64,000 nt of DNA, taken from positions 1-64,000 of the forward strand of contig NIVC01003131.1 in the NCBI GenBank assembly GCA_002269645.1, read 5' to 3'. The position numbers and the translations under genes are program-made. A model generated the notes under the pieces. It searched no databases, was not told where the DNA came from, and saw nothing but the letters and a program-made list of their open reading frames with translations. Positions within the stretch are counted from its first letter, which is position 1. The number at the start of each line of letters is the position of its first letter. Positions 1 to 11,064 of the stretch are shown one piece after another. Source of the stretch: Macrostomum lignano (Eukaryota).

Positions 1-31
1 AGCGCCTCGCGGGAGGCCTCCGTCTCACCAC
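1..31 (-). CDS. CROCC: Rootletin exon, partial, continues beyond window start; VV(E)TEASREAL with an apparent 1-nt deletion
   Basis: Acceptor ccccgcag| at 32-33. The exon reads GTG GT- GAG ACG GAG GCC TCC CGC GAG GCG CT, continuing the LKQK| of the previous exon if one G is restored. Confidence 0.7.
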   Translation of the reverse strand, partial: MVRRRPPARR

Positions 32-644
32 CTGCGGGGTTATTGGGTCATTGGGACTGCTATGAGCCCTTCACTGGGTCATTGGGGACTGCTATGAGCC
101 CTTTACTGGGTCATTGGGGACTGCTATGAGCCCTTCACTGGGTCATTGGGGATCATTATAAAAGGCTGCATGGGACTTAGCATATCTCTGCAGGCAGAAG
201 TCATCAGGTTCCGTCATGACCAAGTTAATTAGTTGGACGATCTTTGGACGAAAGTTTTTCTAATCAATAAATTGCTTTCTAAAAAGCACTTTCTAATCAT
301 TCTTCCATCTGTCAATCTGTCATTTTATAAACAGCAAATGAAATTTATGGCTGTTGAAGTTTGGGGCTCAGCTGTCAGCGGTGAGAACTGATGCCAATAA
401 ATTATTAATAACAGGCCCAACCCATCCTGAAGAGTCCATTGGAAAACTCAGAATGCCCTTAATTTGACTGATTGAGTGATTGATTGAACTGCCTGAGTGA
501 CTGGCTTGGAAGCTAAGAGGAACGGAAGAGGAGCCAGTGAGTCCTGGCTGGGCTCAAATTTCTAATTACGATTGAAAAAACTTCTTTTTCAGATGGTTTC
601 GTCTCTTGAACAGAAAATATGAATATCAATAATGAGAGTTATAT

Positions 645-1535
645 GGGTAACTTGGAGTCACTGGGTATCTTGAGAGTCACTGGGTATGGGAGTCATTGGG
701 TATCGTGAGAGTCACTGGGTATCTTGAGAGTCACTGGGTATCTTGGGAGTCACTGGGTACCTGGGAGTCACTGGGTATCTGGGAGTCACTGGGTATCTGA
801 GAGTCACTGGTATCGTGAGAGTCACTGGGTAACTTGGGAGTCTCTGGGTATCTTGAGAGTCACTGGGTATCTGGGAGTCACTGGGTATCTTGCGAGACTG
901 GGTATAGGGAGTCACTGGGTATCTTGCGAGACTGGGTATCTGGGAGTCACTGGGTATCTTGCGAGACTGGGTATCTGGGAGTCACTGGATATCTTGCGAG
1001 ACTGGGTATCTGGGAGTCACTGGGTATCTTGCGAGACTGGGTATCTGGGAGTCACTGGGTATCTTGACAGTCACTGGGTTCTGGGAGTCACTGGGTATCG
1101 TGAGAGTCACTGGGTATCTGAGAGTCACTGGGTATCTTGGGAGTCACTGGTACCTGGGAGTCACTGGGTATCTGGGAGTCACTGGGTATCTTGAGAGTCA
1201 CTGGGTATCGTGAGAGTCACTGGGTAACTTGGGAGTCTCTGGTATCTTGAGAGTCACTGGTATCTGGAGTCACTGGTATCTTGCGAGACTGGGTATAGGG
1301 AGTCACTGGGTATCTTGCGAGACTGGGTATCTGGAGTCACTGGGTATCTTGCGAGACTGGTATCTGGGAGTCACTGGATACTTGCGAGACTGGTATCTGG
1401 GAGTCACTGGTATCTTGCGAGACTGGGTATCTGGGAGTCACTGGGTATGACAGCTGGGTATCTTGACTGGGTATCTGGGAGTCACTGGGTATCTTGAGAG
1501 TCACTGGGTATCTGGGAGTCACTGGGTATCTTGCT
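645..1535. repeat. Intronic minisatellite, 17-19-bp unit TGGGAGTCACTGGGTATCT
   Basis: Direct reading. Confidence 0.95.
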
Positions 1536-1642
1536 TAACTGGATATCGGAATCACTGGATGTCCTAAGTGTCTTTGGGTATTTGAGCTGATAAAACTCAT
1601 CAAAGAATTATGAAGTCCCAGACTCTGTCCCTCATCGCTCAC

Positions 1643-1957
1643 CTTCTGCTTGAGTCCGAAGTTCTCCCGGCGGTTCTCCTCGTCCTTCTCCTCGTCGTGG
1701 GCCACCCGGGACTGCAGGTCGCAGACCTCCTTGCACAGCTTGCCCCGCTCAGTGTCCAGCATCTTCACCTGGCGACGGAGCTCCTGCAGCTCGCGCTTGG
1801 CCTCCACCCGGGCCTTCTCGACCTCGCGCAGGTTGCCGCGAAGGTCGGCGACCTCCTTGCCGAGGGCGGCCTTCTGCTCCTCAAGCACGCCGATGCGCTG
1901 CTTCTGCTCGGCGATAGACCGGTCGCGCTCGATGCGCTCGGCCTCCATCTCCTTGAT
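1643..1957 (-). CDS. CROCC: Rootletin coiled-coil exon (IKEMEAER...NFGLKQK)
   Basis: Acceptor ccccgcccag| at 1958-1959, donor |gtgagc at 1642. 315 nt, phase 0-0, heptad-rich. Confidence 0.9.
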
Positions 1958-1984
1958 CTGGGCGGGGACAGGGGTGCGGACTGG

Positions 1985-2230
1985 GCTGGTCTGACCGGTT
2001 CTCACTGCCTGTCTGACCGGTTCCCACTGCCTGTCTGACCGGTTCTCACTGCCTGTCTGACCGGTTCCCACTGCCTGTCTGACCGGTTCCCACTGCCTGT
2101 CTGACCGGTTCTCACTGCCTGTCTGACCGGTTCTCACTGCCTGGCTGACCGGTTCTCACTGCCTGTCTGACCGGTTCTCACTGCCTGTCTGACCGGCTCT
2201 CACTGTCTCCTTCACTGGTTCTCACTACCT
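1985..2230. repeat. Intronic minisatellite, 22-bp unit CTGCCTGTCTGACCGGTTCTCA
   Basis: Direct reading. On the coding (minus) strand each unit starts GTGAGA or GTGGGA, like the adjacent donor. Confidence 0.95.
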
Positions 2231-2259
2231 GTCCCAGCCTTGGCCACCAGACCTCTCAC

Positions 2260-2675
2260 CTTTTTCCTCAGCTCCTCGTTGCTCTTCTCCACGGCTTCCG
2301 GGCGCGGCCCTCCTCGGCCAGCTGGCGTTTGAGCTCGAAAATCTCGCGCTTCTGGGCGTCCAGCGCCTCCTCCTGCTCGCGGATCCGGCGATTGGCGTCG
2401 ATGAGCTCGCGGCGCAGGTTGTCCCTGGCGTCCTCGGCCATGCGCAGCTGCACCTTCAGCTCCGCCACCTCGCGGCAGGCGGCCTCGCGCTGCTGAGTGA
2501 GCTCGTTAATCTGCTCATTCAGCTTGCGCACCTCGGCCTCGTGCTCCTCCACTGTCTGCTCGAACTGGTCGCGGAATTTCTTCAGCTCGCCGTTCAAACT
2601 GTTGATGGTCTCCTTGTCCTGCTGCTGCTTGGCGGCCGCCTCGCGCCGGGCGCGGTCCAGCTCAGAGGCGACGGT
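2260..2675 (-). CDS. CROCC: Rootletin exon (TVASELDR...EEGRAR/EAVEKSNEELRKK) with a 1-nt frameshift near 2298
   Basis: Acceptor ctctcccccag|, donor |gtgaga at 2259. Length 416 nt is one short of a multiple of 3; restoring a G in CGG(G)AAGCC gives continuous coiled coil up to the donor. Confidence 0.85.
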
Positions 2676-2844
2676 CTGGGGGAGAGAGGGACGAGCGAAC
2701 GGGGATCGGGTGACGTGGTAGCGGGGAGGAGCTTTCTTAGAATGCCGACCAGCCAATCGGATGCAGGTGGGAGGGTCACGTGACTAATTAATCGATTAAT
2801 TAAATTGATTAACAGGCAAGACCAGCGGTCCTGCGCAGCAATTC

Positions 2845-3058
2845 CAAACGCAGTCACATGCCATTAATTTGGGGCTAAATTGGAATCTCGGCTTGGACCA
2901 ACCGCCCCCCCCCCCAAAGCACAGTGAATTTTACATGACTAAATATAAATAAAGTTAGGGTCACTGTACACTCCTGTGTGAGTGCGTGCCTGTGCTTGTG
3001 TGCCTGCTCAGGGAGTCCCCGGTTGTGTGACAATGTCGCCTAAAGTGCCCCAGGCTTC
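2845..3058 (+). mobile_element. Truncated copy of the same SINE family
   Basis: Shares attaatttggggctaaattggaatctcggcttgg, aaataaagttaggg and tgacaatgtcgcctaaagtg with the 53631 copy. Confidence 0.7.
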
Positions 3059-3133
3059 AATAAGAAAACAAGCCATAAGCATAGATAGAGATTCACGCCT
3101 AGCAACTAAGAGATCAAGTGACTAAACTCGCAC

Positions 3134-3385
3134 CTGCAGCTCGGCGTGCGTGTTGCCCAGCCGCTCCAGAATGGTGGACTTCTCCTGCTCCACAATGCTC
3201 AGCGCCTGCTGCTTGTCATTCTCGGCCAGCATGAGGCTCTCGTCCCGCTCGCGCTGGCAGGCGGCGATCTCAGTGTGCAGCTGCTCGCGTTCGCGCTCGA
3301 ACGAGCTGACCATCTCCTCGCGCTCCATGTTGTTCTGGTGGATCATCTCCTGGCGCTGGTTCTCGTATTCGGCGCGCTGGTTGTC
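3134..3385 (-). CDS. CROCC: Rootletin exon (DNQRAEY...HAELQ)
   Basis: Acceptor tgtcccgcag|, donor |gtgcga. 252 nt, phase 0-0. Contains the rootletin-like SLMLAENDKQQALS segment. Confidence 0.9.
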
Positions 3386-3474
3386 CTGCGGGACAGATGG
3401 GATGGAGAGGGGGATGTTACCGGACTTCCTGACAGCTTTGAGAATAGCCTCTGAGTAGAATAAGTCATGAGATT

Positions 3475-3910
3475 CTCTCAGAGTCACTGAGCACAGTCAC
3501 GTGACGCTCTCAGAGTCATCGAGAAGAAAAAAGTCACGTGACGCTCTCAGAGTCATCGAGAAGAGTCACGTGATGCTCTCAGAGTTATCAAGAAGAGTCA
3601 CGTGACGCTCCCAGAGTCATCGAGAAGAGTCACGTGATGCTCTCAGAGTTATCAAGAAGAGTCACGTGATGCTCTCAGAGTCATCAAGAAGAAAAGAGTC
3701 ACGTGACGCTCTCAGAGTCAGGGGGCCCGTTCTATAAAGCCATCGTAAGATAAGATCGTTCTTAGCTTCTATCTCCGCAGTATAAAAGTTCCGACGTACG
3801 TTCGAACTTCACTACGACAGCTTTATAGTACGACCCCAAAGAGAAGAAGAGAGTCACGTGACGCTCCCAGAGTCATCGAGAAGAAAAGAGTCACGTGACG
3901 CTCTCAGAGA
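3475..3910. repeat. Intronic minisatellite, about 32-bp unit containing GTCACGTGA
   Basis: GAGTCACGTGACGCTCTCAGAGTCATCGAGAA, interrupted by the 3721-3837 element. Confidence 0.92.
3721..3837. mobile_element. About 117-bp inverted-repeat element, possibly a PIF/Harbinger-type MITE
   Basis: Left end GGGCCCGTTCTATAAAGC versus reverse complement of right end GGGGTCGTACTATAAAGC (15/18). It interrupts the 32-bp array. No TSD recognisable. Confidence 0.55.
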
Positions 3911-3968
3911 GTTACTGAACGGATGATAATGAGTTAAAGCATCACAAGAAATCCAGAAATTTGCTCAC

Positions 3969-4168
3969 CTTCTCCTTGGTCAGCCTCTCCAGATCGTCCT
4001 CATGAGACTGCTGCTCCTGAGCCAGGGCGTGCTTCAGGTCGCGCTCCATCTGCTGCATCTTCTGCTGCAGATTCTCGCGCTGTCTGGTGAGCTTGTCGCA
4101 TTCGACCTCGAACTCCTTGGTGATGCGGCTGATCTCGGCTGCAGCAGTGAGGGTTTGAGATATTCGAG
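3969..4168 (-). CDS. CROCC: Rootletin exon (ARISQTL...LTKEK)
   Basis: Acceptor caactctcag|, donor |gtgagc. Phase 1-0, matching the phase-1 end of the upstream exon. Confidence 0.9.
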
Positions 4169-4283
4169 CTGAGAGTTGACAGAACAGATTTATTAAAAAA
4201 AGAGATGCAGTCTGTTTGGCAGGCCTCAGCAATGATAAGCTACAGCAAACAGCGACTGAGTGGCTATTGGCCATGCAGCTTAC

Positions 4284-5289
4284 CATTGAGATTCTCCTTC
4301 TTGATGATGAGCTCCTGGTTCTCGCCCTCCAGCTGGCCTTTGCGAGTCTCCAGCTGGACGATCAGCTCCTGGGCCTCGTGCAGCGCGTCCTCGAGCTGGT
4401 CCTTGTCGGCCCGCAGCCCGGAGGCCAGCTCGCCAAGGCGGCGAATCTCCCGCTCGCAGGCGGTGAGCTGCACAACGAGCTCGCCCTTCTCCTTGGTGAG
4501 GTCCTCCTTCTCCTTGGCAACTCGGAGGACGGTGTTGGACGCCCGCTCAGTCTCCCGGCGCGAGGCCAGCAGCTCCTCGGCCAGGGCTCGCTTCTGCCTG
4601 CCGATGGCGTTCAGCTGCTCGGCAAGCTCCAGCCGCTCCCGGTTGATTGACTGCAGCTCGTCTTCCAGCTTCTCGCGCGACATCTCGCTGAGCTCGAGTG
4701 TCTGATATAGGCCGGCCTTCTCGTTGTCCAGCTCCATCTTCTCCTGCTCACAGCGGAGCAGCTCCTCGCGGATGCCGTACTTCTCCTGCTCGAGGGCCTG
4801 CTTCTCCCCTGACAGCTGCGCCTTCTCGTTCTCGTACATCATGAGGATCTTGTTCAGCTCCACCTTGTCGTGCCCAAGGCCCTCGTTCAGCGACTGCATC
4901 TTTAGCAGGGCGTCCCGTAGGGCAGCCTCCTCGCTCTTCATCTTGTTGAGCTCGAGCTCCAACTCGGCCTTGGCCAGCTCGCTGCGGGACAGCGCGTCGG
5001 AGACTTCGGCCTTTTCCTGGTCCAGCACCTCCTTCTCCAGACAGGCCCGGTTGAGGTTCTCCTTGGTCTGCACCAGGTCGGACTTCAGGTTGCTCAGCTT
5101 CTCCTCCAGCTGGTCGATGCAGCGCTGGCACCGCTCGTTCTCCTTCACCTGCCTGTCCAGGTCCTTCTTCTGGTCGGCCTTCTGATCTTCGAGGCAGTCG
5201 CGGCAGCGCTGCAGCTCGCTGTTGGCCTGCTGCAGCCGGTCCAGGTCCGCGTGCAGCGACTCGATCTGCTCGTTCAGGGCCGAGCGGAC
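4284..5289 (-). CDS. CROCC: Large rootletin coiled-coil exon (VRSALNEQ...KKENLN)
   Basis: Acceptor ttgtcccgcag| at 5290-5291, donor |gtaagc at 4283. 1006 nt, phase 0-1, open coiled-coil ORF. Confidence 0.92.
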
Positions 5290-5329
5290 CTGCGGGACAA
5301 GCCGGGTTTCGATACATATCGGCTGAACT

Positions 5330-5740
5330 TTGTCGCTTATCTACTTCTCTCACACTTTTATCTCCTATCTCATCTTTATCTACTCCTCTCACACTTGTCT
5401 ACTTCTATAGCATCTTTATCTACTTCTCTATCACACTTATCGACTTCTCTCTTATCTTTATCTACTTCTCCCTCACATCTACATACTTATATCTCTCTCC
5501 TCTATATACTTCTCTCACACTTATCTACTTCTCTCTCTCATTTATCGACCTTTCTCTCACCTTTATCCACTTCTCTCTCAACCATATCTACTTCTCTACC
5601 TAACCCCTATATCCTTCGCATTGACTGCATTCTACCTTCTATTCATAGTCTATCTACTTCTACCTTAAACCGAAATCTCACTCCTATTTACTTTATATTT
5701 CTCACTGCTATCTACTTTCGTTCATCTGTATCTCAGCTAG
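5330..5740. repeat. Degenerate pyrimidine-rich repeat (ATCTACTTCTCTC...)
   Basis: Direct reading. Confidence 0.8.
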
Positions 5741-5819
5741 TTTAAGCTTCATCATTCAGTCTTGCCCCATGCCTCCAGAATCCCAGTCTGCCCCTTAAAT
5801 CTCCTCTCCCTGGCCGCAC

Positions 5820-6047
5820 CTTCTCCAGTTGGCTCCTCTCCTGCTCGCGGGCGGTCAAGGCGGACTTCAGCCGTTCGTAGTCGCGGCCGCTATCGGTCTG
5901 CGCCCTCTGCACTGTGTCCAGCTCCTCGCGCAGGCCCAGCACCTGGTGCTCCAGTCGTCGGCGCTCGTTCTCAGACTCGTCCAGCTGTCGGCGTATGTTG
6001 TCCCCGGCGTCCTTGGCGCTGGCCAGCTTGCCGCGCAGCTCCTGCAC
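5820..6047 (-). CDS. CROCC: Rootletin exon (VQELRGKL...SQLEK)
   Basis: Acceptor gtgtctgcag|, donor |gtgcgg. 228 nt, phase 0-0. Confidence 0.9.
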
Positions 6048-6169
6048 CTGCAGACACATCGGAGCGGCATGGGGGTTGGCAGTGATGCAATGCCGGACTA
6101 GGAGACCAGTCGCCAATGGGAAACGGGACACCGTGAGACGCGAGGTGTAAATAAGGATAGGTATAAAAT

Positions 6170-6785
6170 ATGGCGGCGCCAATGGGAAAATGGGGCGCCG
6201 ATGGGGAAATCATGGGGCGCCAATGGGAAAATGGGGCGCCGATGGGGAAATCATGGGGCGCCAATGGGAAAATCATGGGGGCGCCAATGGGAAAATCATG
6301 GGGGCGCCAATGGGAAAATCATGGGGGCGCCAATTGGAAAATCATGGGGCGCCAATTGGAAAATCATGGGGGCGCCAATGGGAAATTCATGGGGCGCCAA
6401 TTGGAAAATCATGAAGGCGCCAATGGGAAAATGGGCGCCGATGGGGAAATCATGGGGCGCCAATGGGAAAATCATGGGGGCGCCAATGGGAAAATCATGG
6501 GGGCGCCAATGGGAAATTCATGGGGACGCCAATGGGAAAAATCATGGGGGCGCCAATGGGAAAATCATGGGGGCGCCAATGGGAAATTCATGGGGCGCCA
6601 ATTGGAAAATCATGAAGGCGCCAATGGGAAAAATCATGGGGCGCCAATGGGAAAATCATGGGGGCGCCAATTGGAAAATCATGGGGCGCCAATTGGAAAA
6701 TCATGAAGGCGCCAATGGGAAAATCATGGGGCGCCAATGGGAAAATCATGGGGGCGCCAATTGGAAAATCATGGAGGCGCCAAAG
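6170..6785. repeat. Intronic minisatellite, 22-23-bp unit GGGGCGCCAATGGGAAAATCAT
   Basis: Direct reading. Confidence 0.95.
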
Positions 6786-6842
6786 GAGCACCGGTGCACA
6801 GCGGCCTTCATCAACTCAGCGTGAAAGTCCCCAGGCGCCTAC

Positions 6843-7100
6843 CTGCAAGGCCCTCTTGTTCAGCGCGGCCTGTACGGCGCTGTAGGTGGAGTCAGCGAAC
6901 GCAGGAGACCGCGAGCGCTGCCGACCGGCCGGCGAGCGACCGCCGCGACCGACCGGCGACACGGAGCGACCCCGACCGGCGTCCGAGAAGTCGCGGTACC
7001 CGTCGGCGTCGCTGATGACGGCCTGGGCAATGTCGCGCAGGCTCTGGTGCATGGCCTCGGTCTCCTCGATTAGCGCGCGTGTGGCCGCGTCGTCAGCACC
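6843..7100 (-). CDS. CROCC: Rootletin exon (GADDAAT...SLRDIAQAVISD...SAVQAALNKRALQ)
   Basis: Acceptor aactcccag|, donor |gtaggc. 258 nt. SLRDIAQAV and SAVQAALNKR match conserved rootletin motifs. Confidence 0.92.
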
Positions 7101-7124
7101 CTGGGAGTTTGAGTCCGAGAGGAA

Positions 7125-7470
7125 TAAATTAGATATTGATCTCATTGATCTCAAATAATCTCACCTCATAGATTAGACTTACACGTAAATCCCAAATAAT
7201 CTCACCCATTAGATTTGATATTGATCTCAAATAATCTCACCCATGAGATTTGCTATTGATCTCAAATAATCTCACCCATGAGATTTGATATTGATGTCAA
7301 ATAATCTCACCCATTAGATTTGATATTGATATCAAATAATCTCACCTATGAGATTTGATATTGATCTCAAATAATCCCACCCATGAGATTTGATATTGAT
7401 ATCAAATGATCCCACCAATGAGATTTGATATTAATCTAAAATAATCTCACCCATTAGATTAGATATCGAT
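7125..7470. repeat. Intronic minisatellite, 35-bp unit with internal hairpin AATCTCA-CCCA-TGAGATT
   Basis: Direct reading. Confidence 0.92.
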
Positions 7471-7579
7471 GCTAAAATAAACTAACCGCATAAACAATCT
7501 CCTACACTGACAAATCTCAAGCATCCGCATACTCAGACTCAGGAGATCGCAGCAGACCTCAAGCCTGAGAGAAACTCAC

Positions 7580-8228
7580 CGGTGGCTCGGCAGATTGCGA
7601 GCGACTTGCGCTGCCGCCGCCGCCGCCGCCGCCGCTGCTGCGCAGCCGCTGCAGGTGGGACAGGGTTCGATCCTTCTCGGCCAACTGGAATTTCAGCTTC
7701 TCGTTCTGCACCGACAGCTCGTTGACCCGGCCGCTCAGGTCGGCCTGATGCGCCTCGAACTTGGCCTGCAGGTCCTGCAGCTCCCGGGTTCGTTCGCGGA
7801 GCGCCGATTCCAGATTGGCGCGCCCGGAGCGCTCCTGATCCAGCGCCACGGCGCCCTGCGTCTCGGCCGATTTCAGGTTGGCATTGAGATTCTGGCAGGC
7901 CGCGTGGACGCCGCGGGACTGGCGGGTCATCTCGTTCTTGAAGTTGTTCAAGTCGCGCTCGTTGGCGGTCTTCAGCTCGTTGAACTGGCGCCGGAAGCTC
8001 ACCAGGTTGCGCCACAGCGACAGCAGGCGGTTGTGCTCGGACGAGAAGTACTCGGAGAAGCTGGCCTCCTCATCGCGCCATTCGGACTCGCGGCGCTCGA
8101 GGTCGGACCGGGTGCGCTGGAAGTCCTCGCTGAGCCGCTTCATGTCCTCCGTGAGCGACTGGTTCACCTGGGTGGCCTGGTCCAGCTGCTCCCGCAGCAT
8201 CGCGTTCACGTGGGCCAGGGAGGCCGAT
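7580..8228 (-). CDS. CROCC: Rootletin exon encoding the core Rootletin domain (SASLAHVNAMLREQLDQA...)
   Basis: Acceptor ccccgcccag|, donor |gtgagt. Phase 2-0. Closely similar to the rootletin SASLAQVNAMLREQLDQA and EHSRLLxLWR motifs. Confidence 0.95.
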
Positions 8229-8324
8229 CTGGGCGGGGCGTTCGGGTCGGTGGTAGACAAGGACTCGAATGCTAAGGACGTTGCTAAGCATCCTATAAAC
8301 TTTTATGAACTGAACTCGGGTTTA

Positions 8325-8850
8325 TTCACATATCTCAGCCTTGATTCACATATCTCAATCTTGATTCACATATCTCAGCCTTGATTCACATATCTCAATA
8401 TTGATTCACATATCTCAGCCTTGATTCACATACTTCAGCCTTGATTCACATATCTCAATCATGATTCGCATATCTCAGCCTTGATTCACATATCTCAGCC
8501 TTGATTCACATATCTCAATCTTGATTCACATATCTCAGCCTTGATTCACATATCTCAGCCTTGATTCACATATCTCAGCCTTGATTCACATATCTCAGCC
8601 TTGATTCACATATTTCAGCCTTGATTCACATATCTCAGCCTTGATTGACGTCTCTCAGCCTTTATTCACAAATCTCAGTCTTGATTAACATGTTTCAGTC
8701 TTGATTCACATATCTCATAATTGATTTATGTCTCTCGGCCTCGATTCACAAATCTCACTCTTGATTCACGCCTCGCAGCCTTGATTCGCATATCTCGGCT
8801 TTGATTCACGTCTGGCAGCCTTCATTCACGCCTCATACTCTTGATTCACG
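8325..8850. repeat. Intronic minisatellite, 20-bp unit TTGATTCACATATCTCAGCC
   Basis: Direct reading; degenerates toward 8850. Confidence 0.95.
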
Positions 8851-9659
8851 CCTGTCAGTACGTGACTTAACCTATTACTCCCGTTCTCATACTATTACTA
8901 CCCTATATTCGTTCACAAGTCCAAACGTTGATTGACATTCACACCCATATTCTTCTTCTTTCGATTTTTCCCACTTGATTCCCATTCCGTTTAAATGCCC
9001 ATTTCTCAGCCATGATTCACAACCACTTTGTTCGTGTACAAAATCTGTCACTACCGATTCACAATCAAATATTCTACGTTCACAAGTGCGCTCATGGGTG
9101 GCTTGAGCACAGAGCGAAACAAGCACAAGAAGGCAAAACACCGCCCTACTCAGCAGGGTTGAAGCCTCATACAAGAGAGCGGGGCAGGCAGGCAGTGGAG
9201 GGTAAAGATGCGCTGCACTACTCTCACAAACTCTCTCATAAACATTTCTGATGTTTTTACAACTGCGCCTTGCCTCTCTGCCTCCCCAGCCTTACAAAAC
9301 ATTCTTGATGAAAAAAATTGAGCGGGCAAACTCCCCACCTCATGCTGCCTCACTGCATTCCATCTTGTTTTATGAGCACGGGACAGGGCAGTGGGTAGTA
9401 GGGAGAGCGCCGGGTGTACAAATGGAAACAATTGATAATACACATTGCTAACTGAAACTTTTTATGGCGACTCATCGGTGGTACGGGGAGCGAGTGAGTG
9501 GGATAAACTAGGGGATGATAGAGGGCGAGTTGGTTGCCGCGTTGGGTGGGACATGGCTGAGTAATAAGATCGGTTATGGGCAGGAATGGCATATCAAGTG
9601 GTGCTAAAAAGAGACAAACAGAAGTTTAGAGTGCCGAAATAAAAAGGAAGATGGAATGC

Positions 9660-10310
9660 AAAAAAGATGGGGGTGGGGGGACGGAGCAGATGATGGATAG
9701 AGCGGAAGAGATGGGGAGTAGAACGGAAAAGATAATGGTAGGGCGGAAGTGATGAGGGTAGGGGCGAAAGTGATGAGGGTAGGAGCGGAAGAGATGAGGG
9801 TAGGGGCGGAAGAGATGAAGTAGCGGCGGAAGAGATAAGGGAGGGGCGGAAGTGACGAGGGTGGGGCGGAAGTGATGAGGGTGGGGGCGGAAGTGATGAG
9901 GGTGGGGCAGAAGTGATGAGGGTGGGGGCGGAAGTGACGAGGGTGGGGCAGAAGTGATGAGGGTGGGGCGGAAGTGATGAGGGTGGGGGCGGAAGTGATG
10001 AGGATGGGGCAGAAGTGACGAGGGTGGGGCAGAAGTGATGAGGGTGGGGCGGAAAAGGCGAGAAAGAGAGCGGAAGAGATGAGGGTGGCGGCGAAAGAGA
10101 TGAGGAATAGAGCGGAAGAGATGAGGGTGGGGCGGATGAGAGGAGGGTGGGGGCAAAAGAGAGGAGGGTAGATGCGGAAGAGAGGAGGGTGGGGGCGGAA
10201 GAGAGGAGGGTGGGGCGGAAGAGAGGAGGGTAGAGGCGGAAGAGAGGAGGGTGGGGGCGGAAGAGATGAGGGTGGGGCAGAGCAGATGACGGATAGAGCG
10301 GAAGAGATAA
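9660..10310. repeat. G-rich intronic minisatellite, about 21-bp unit GCGGAAGTGATGAGGGTGGGG
   Basis: Direct reading. Confidence 0.9.
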
Positions 10311-10718
10311 GGAATGGCGGTGCGTGGATGCCAGAGTTCAGTGCAGAGACACTCAGTGAAGGGCAACGAGAAGCAAGCTTATAAAAGCTGGTGGAAAAGG
10401 GCGAGGATTTGCTCCGAAGAGCAGACATCGTGCTCAAAGCTGCTCCCAAAATTTCTCCCTAGGCGGCACTTGAATCCCCCCTGGAGGACAGCAGCAACTG
10501 GCTGCAGACTAGAATAACAATGAGAAGAAACACGCAGTACCGGCACAGTCCCAGGAATTGGGGAAATTAATAATTCTTCAGCAGAATGCCGGTGTCAACC
10601 ACCCGCAATTTCCTCATCAGGGATGCTGACTGCGTGTTGCATCGCTTGCTGAGACAATATTGGACTTTGTGGGGCAGGGGAAAAACTCCCTAAGTAAAAA
10701 GCACCGCTGCTTGCCCAC

Positions 10719-10834
10719 CTCTGCTGCTCCTCCTCAAGGCGGATGAGGGCCGACTCCAGATCGCTTGAATGGTCTTCATCGCCTCCAGAGCGCAGGCGAG
10801 TCTCAGAGTCCAGCTTGAACTGGTAGCTGTCGTT
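10719..10834 (-). CDS. CROCC: Rootletin exon (NDSYQF...DLESALIRLEEEQQR)
   Basis: Acceptor ctgttgcag|, donor AG|gtgggc. Phase 0-2. DLESALIRLEEEQQR is the signature rootletin motif. Confidence 0.95.
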
Positions 10835-11064
10835 CTGCAACAGCGGGAGCGCAAATGGGGAAAAAACTGATCAATGCTTGTGCAGCATTGGAATAACTGA
10901 CCGCAGCCCGCCAAGTAAAATTTGGATGCCATGGCACCGAATAAAAAACCGCTAGAGAGAGTCCGCGTTTGTTAAATTAAAATAGCTGCGATTGCAGGTT
11001 AAATAAGCTGGCTGTGCATGCAGTTTCTCTGTGCTGCGCGAGACAGGGACAAAAATCACGGCCT

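Noticed and set aside
1610-8384. Plus-strand ORFs overlapping rootletin exons
   Set aside because: They are antisense shadows of GC-rich coiled-coil codons.
8887-9174. Apparent small secreted Cys-containing protein nested in a rootletin intron
   Set aside because: The listed start is TTG, and there is no ATG in that frame back to the upstream stop near 9292. The mature part has an odd number of Cys and no splice support, so chance is likely.
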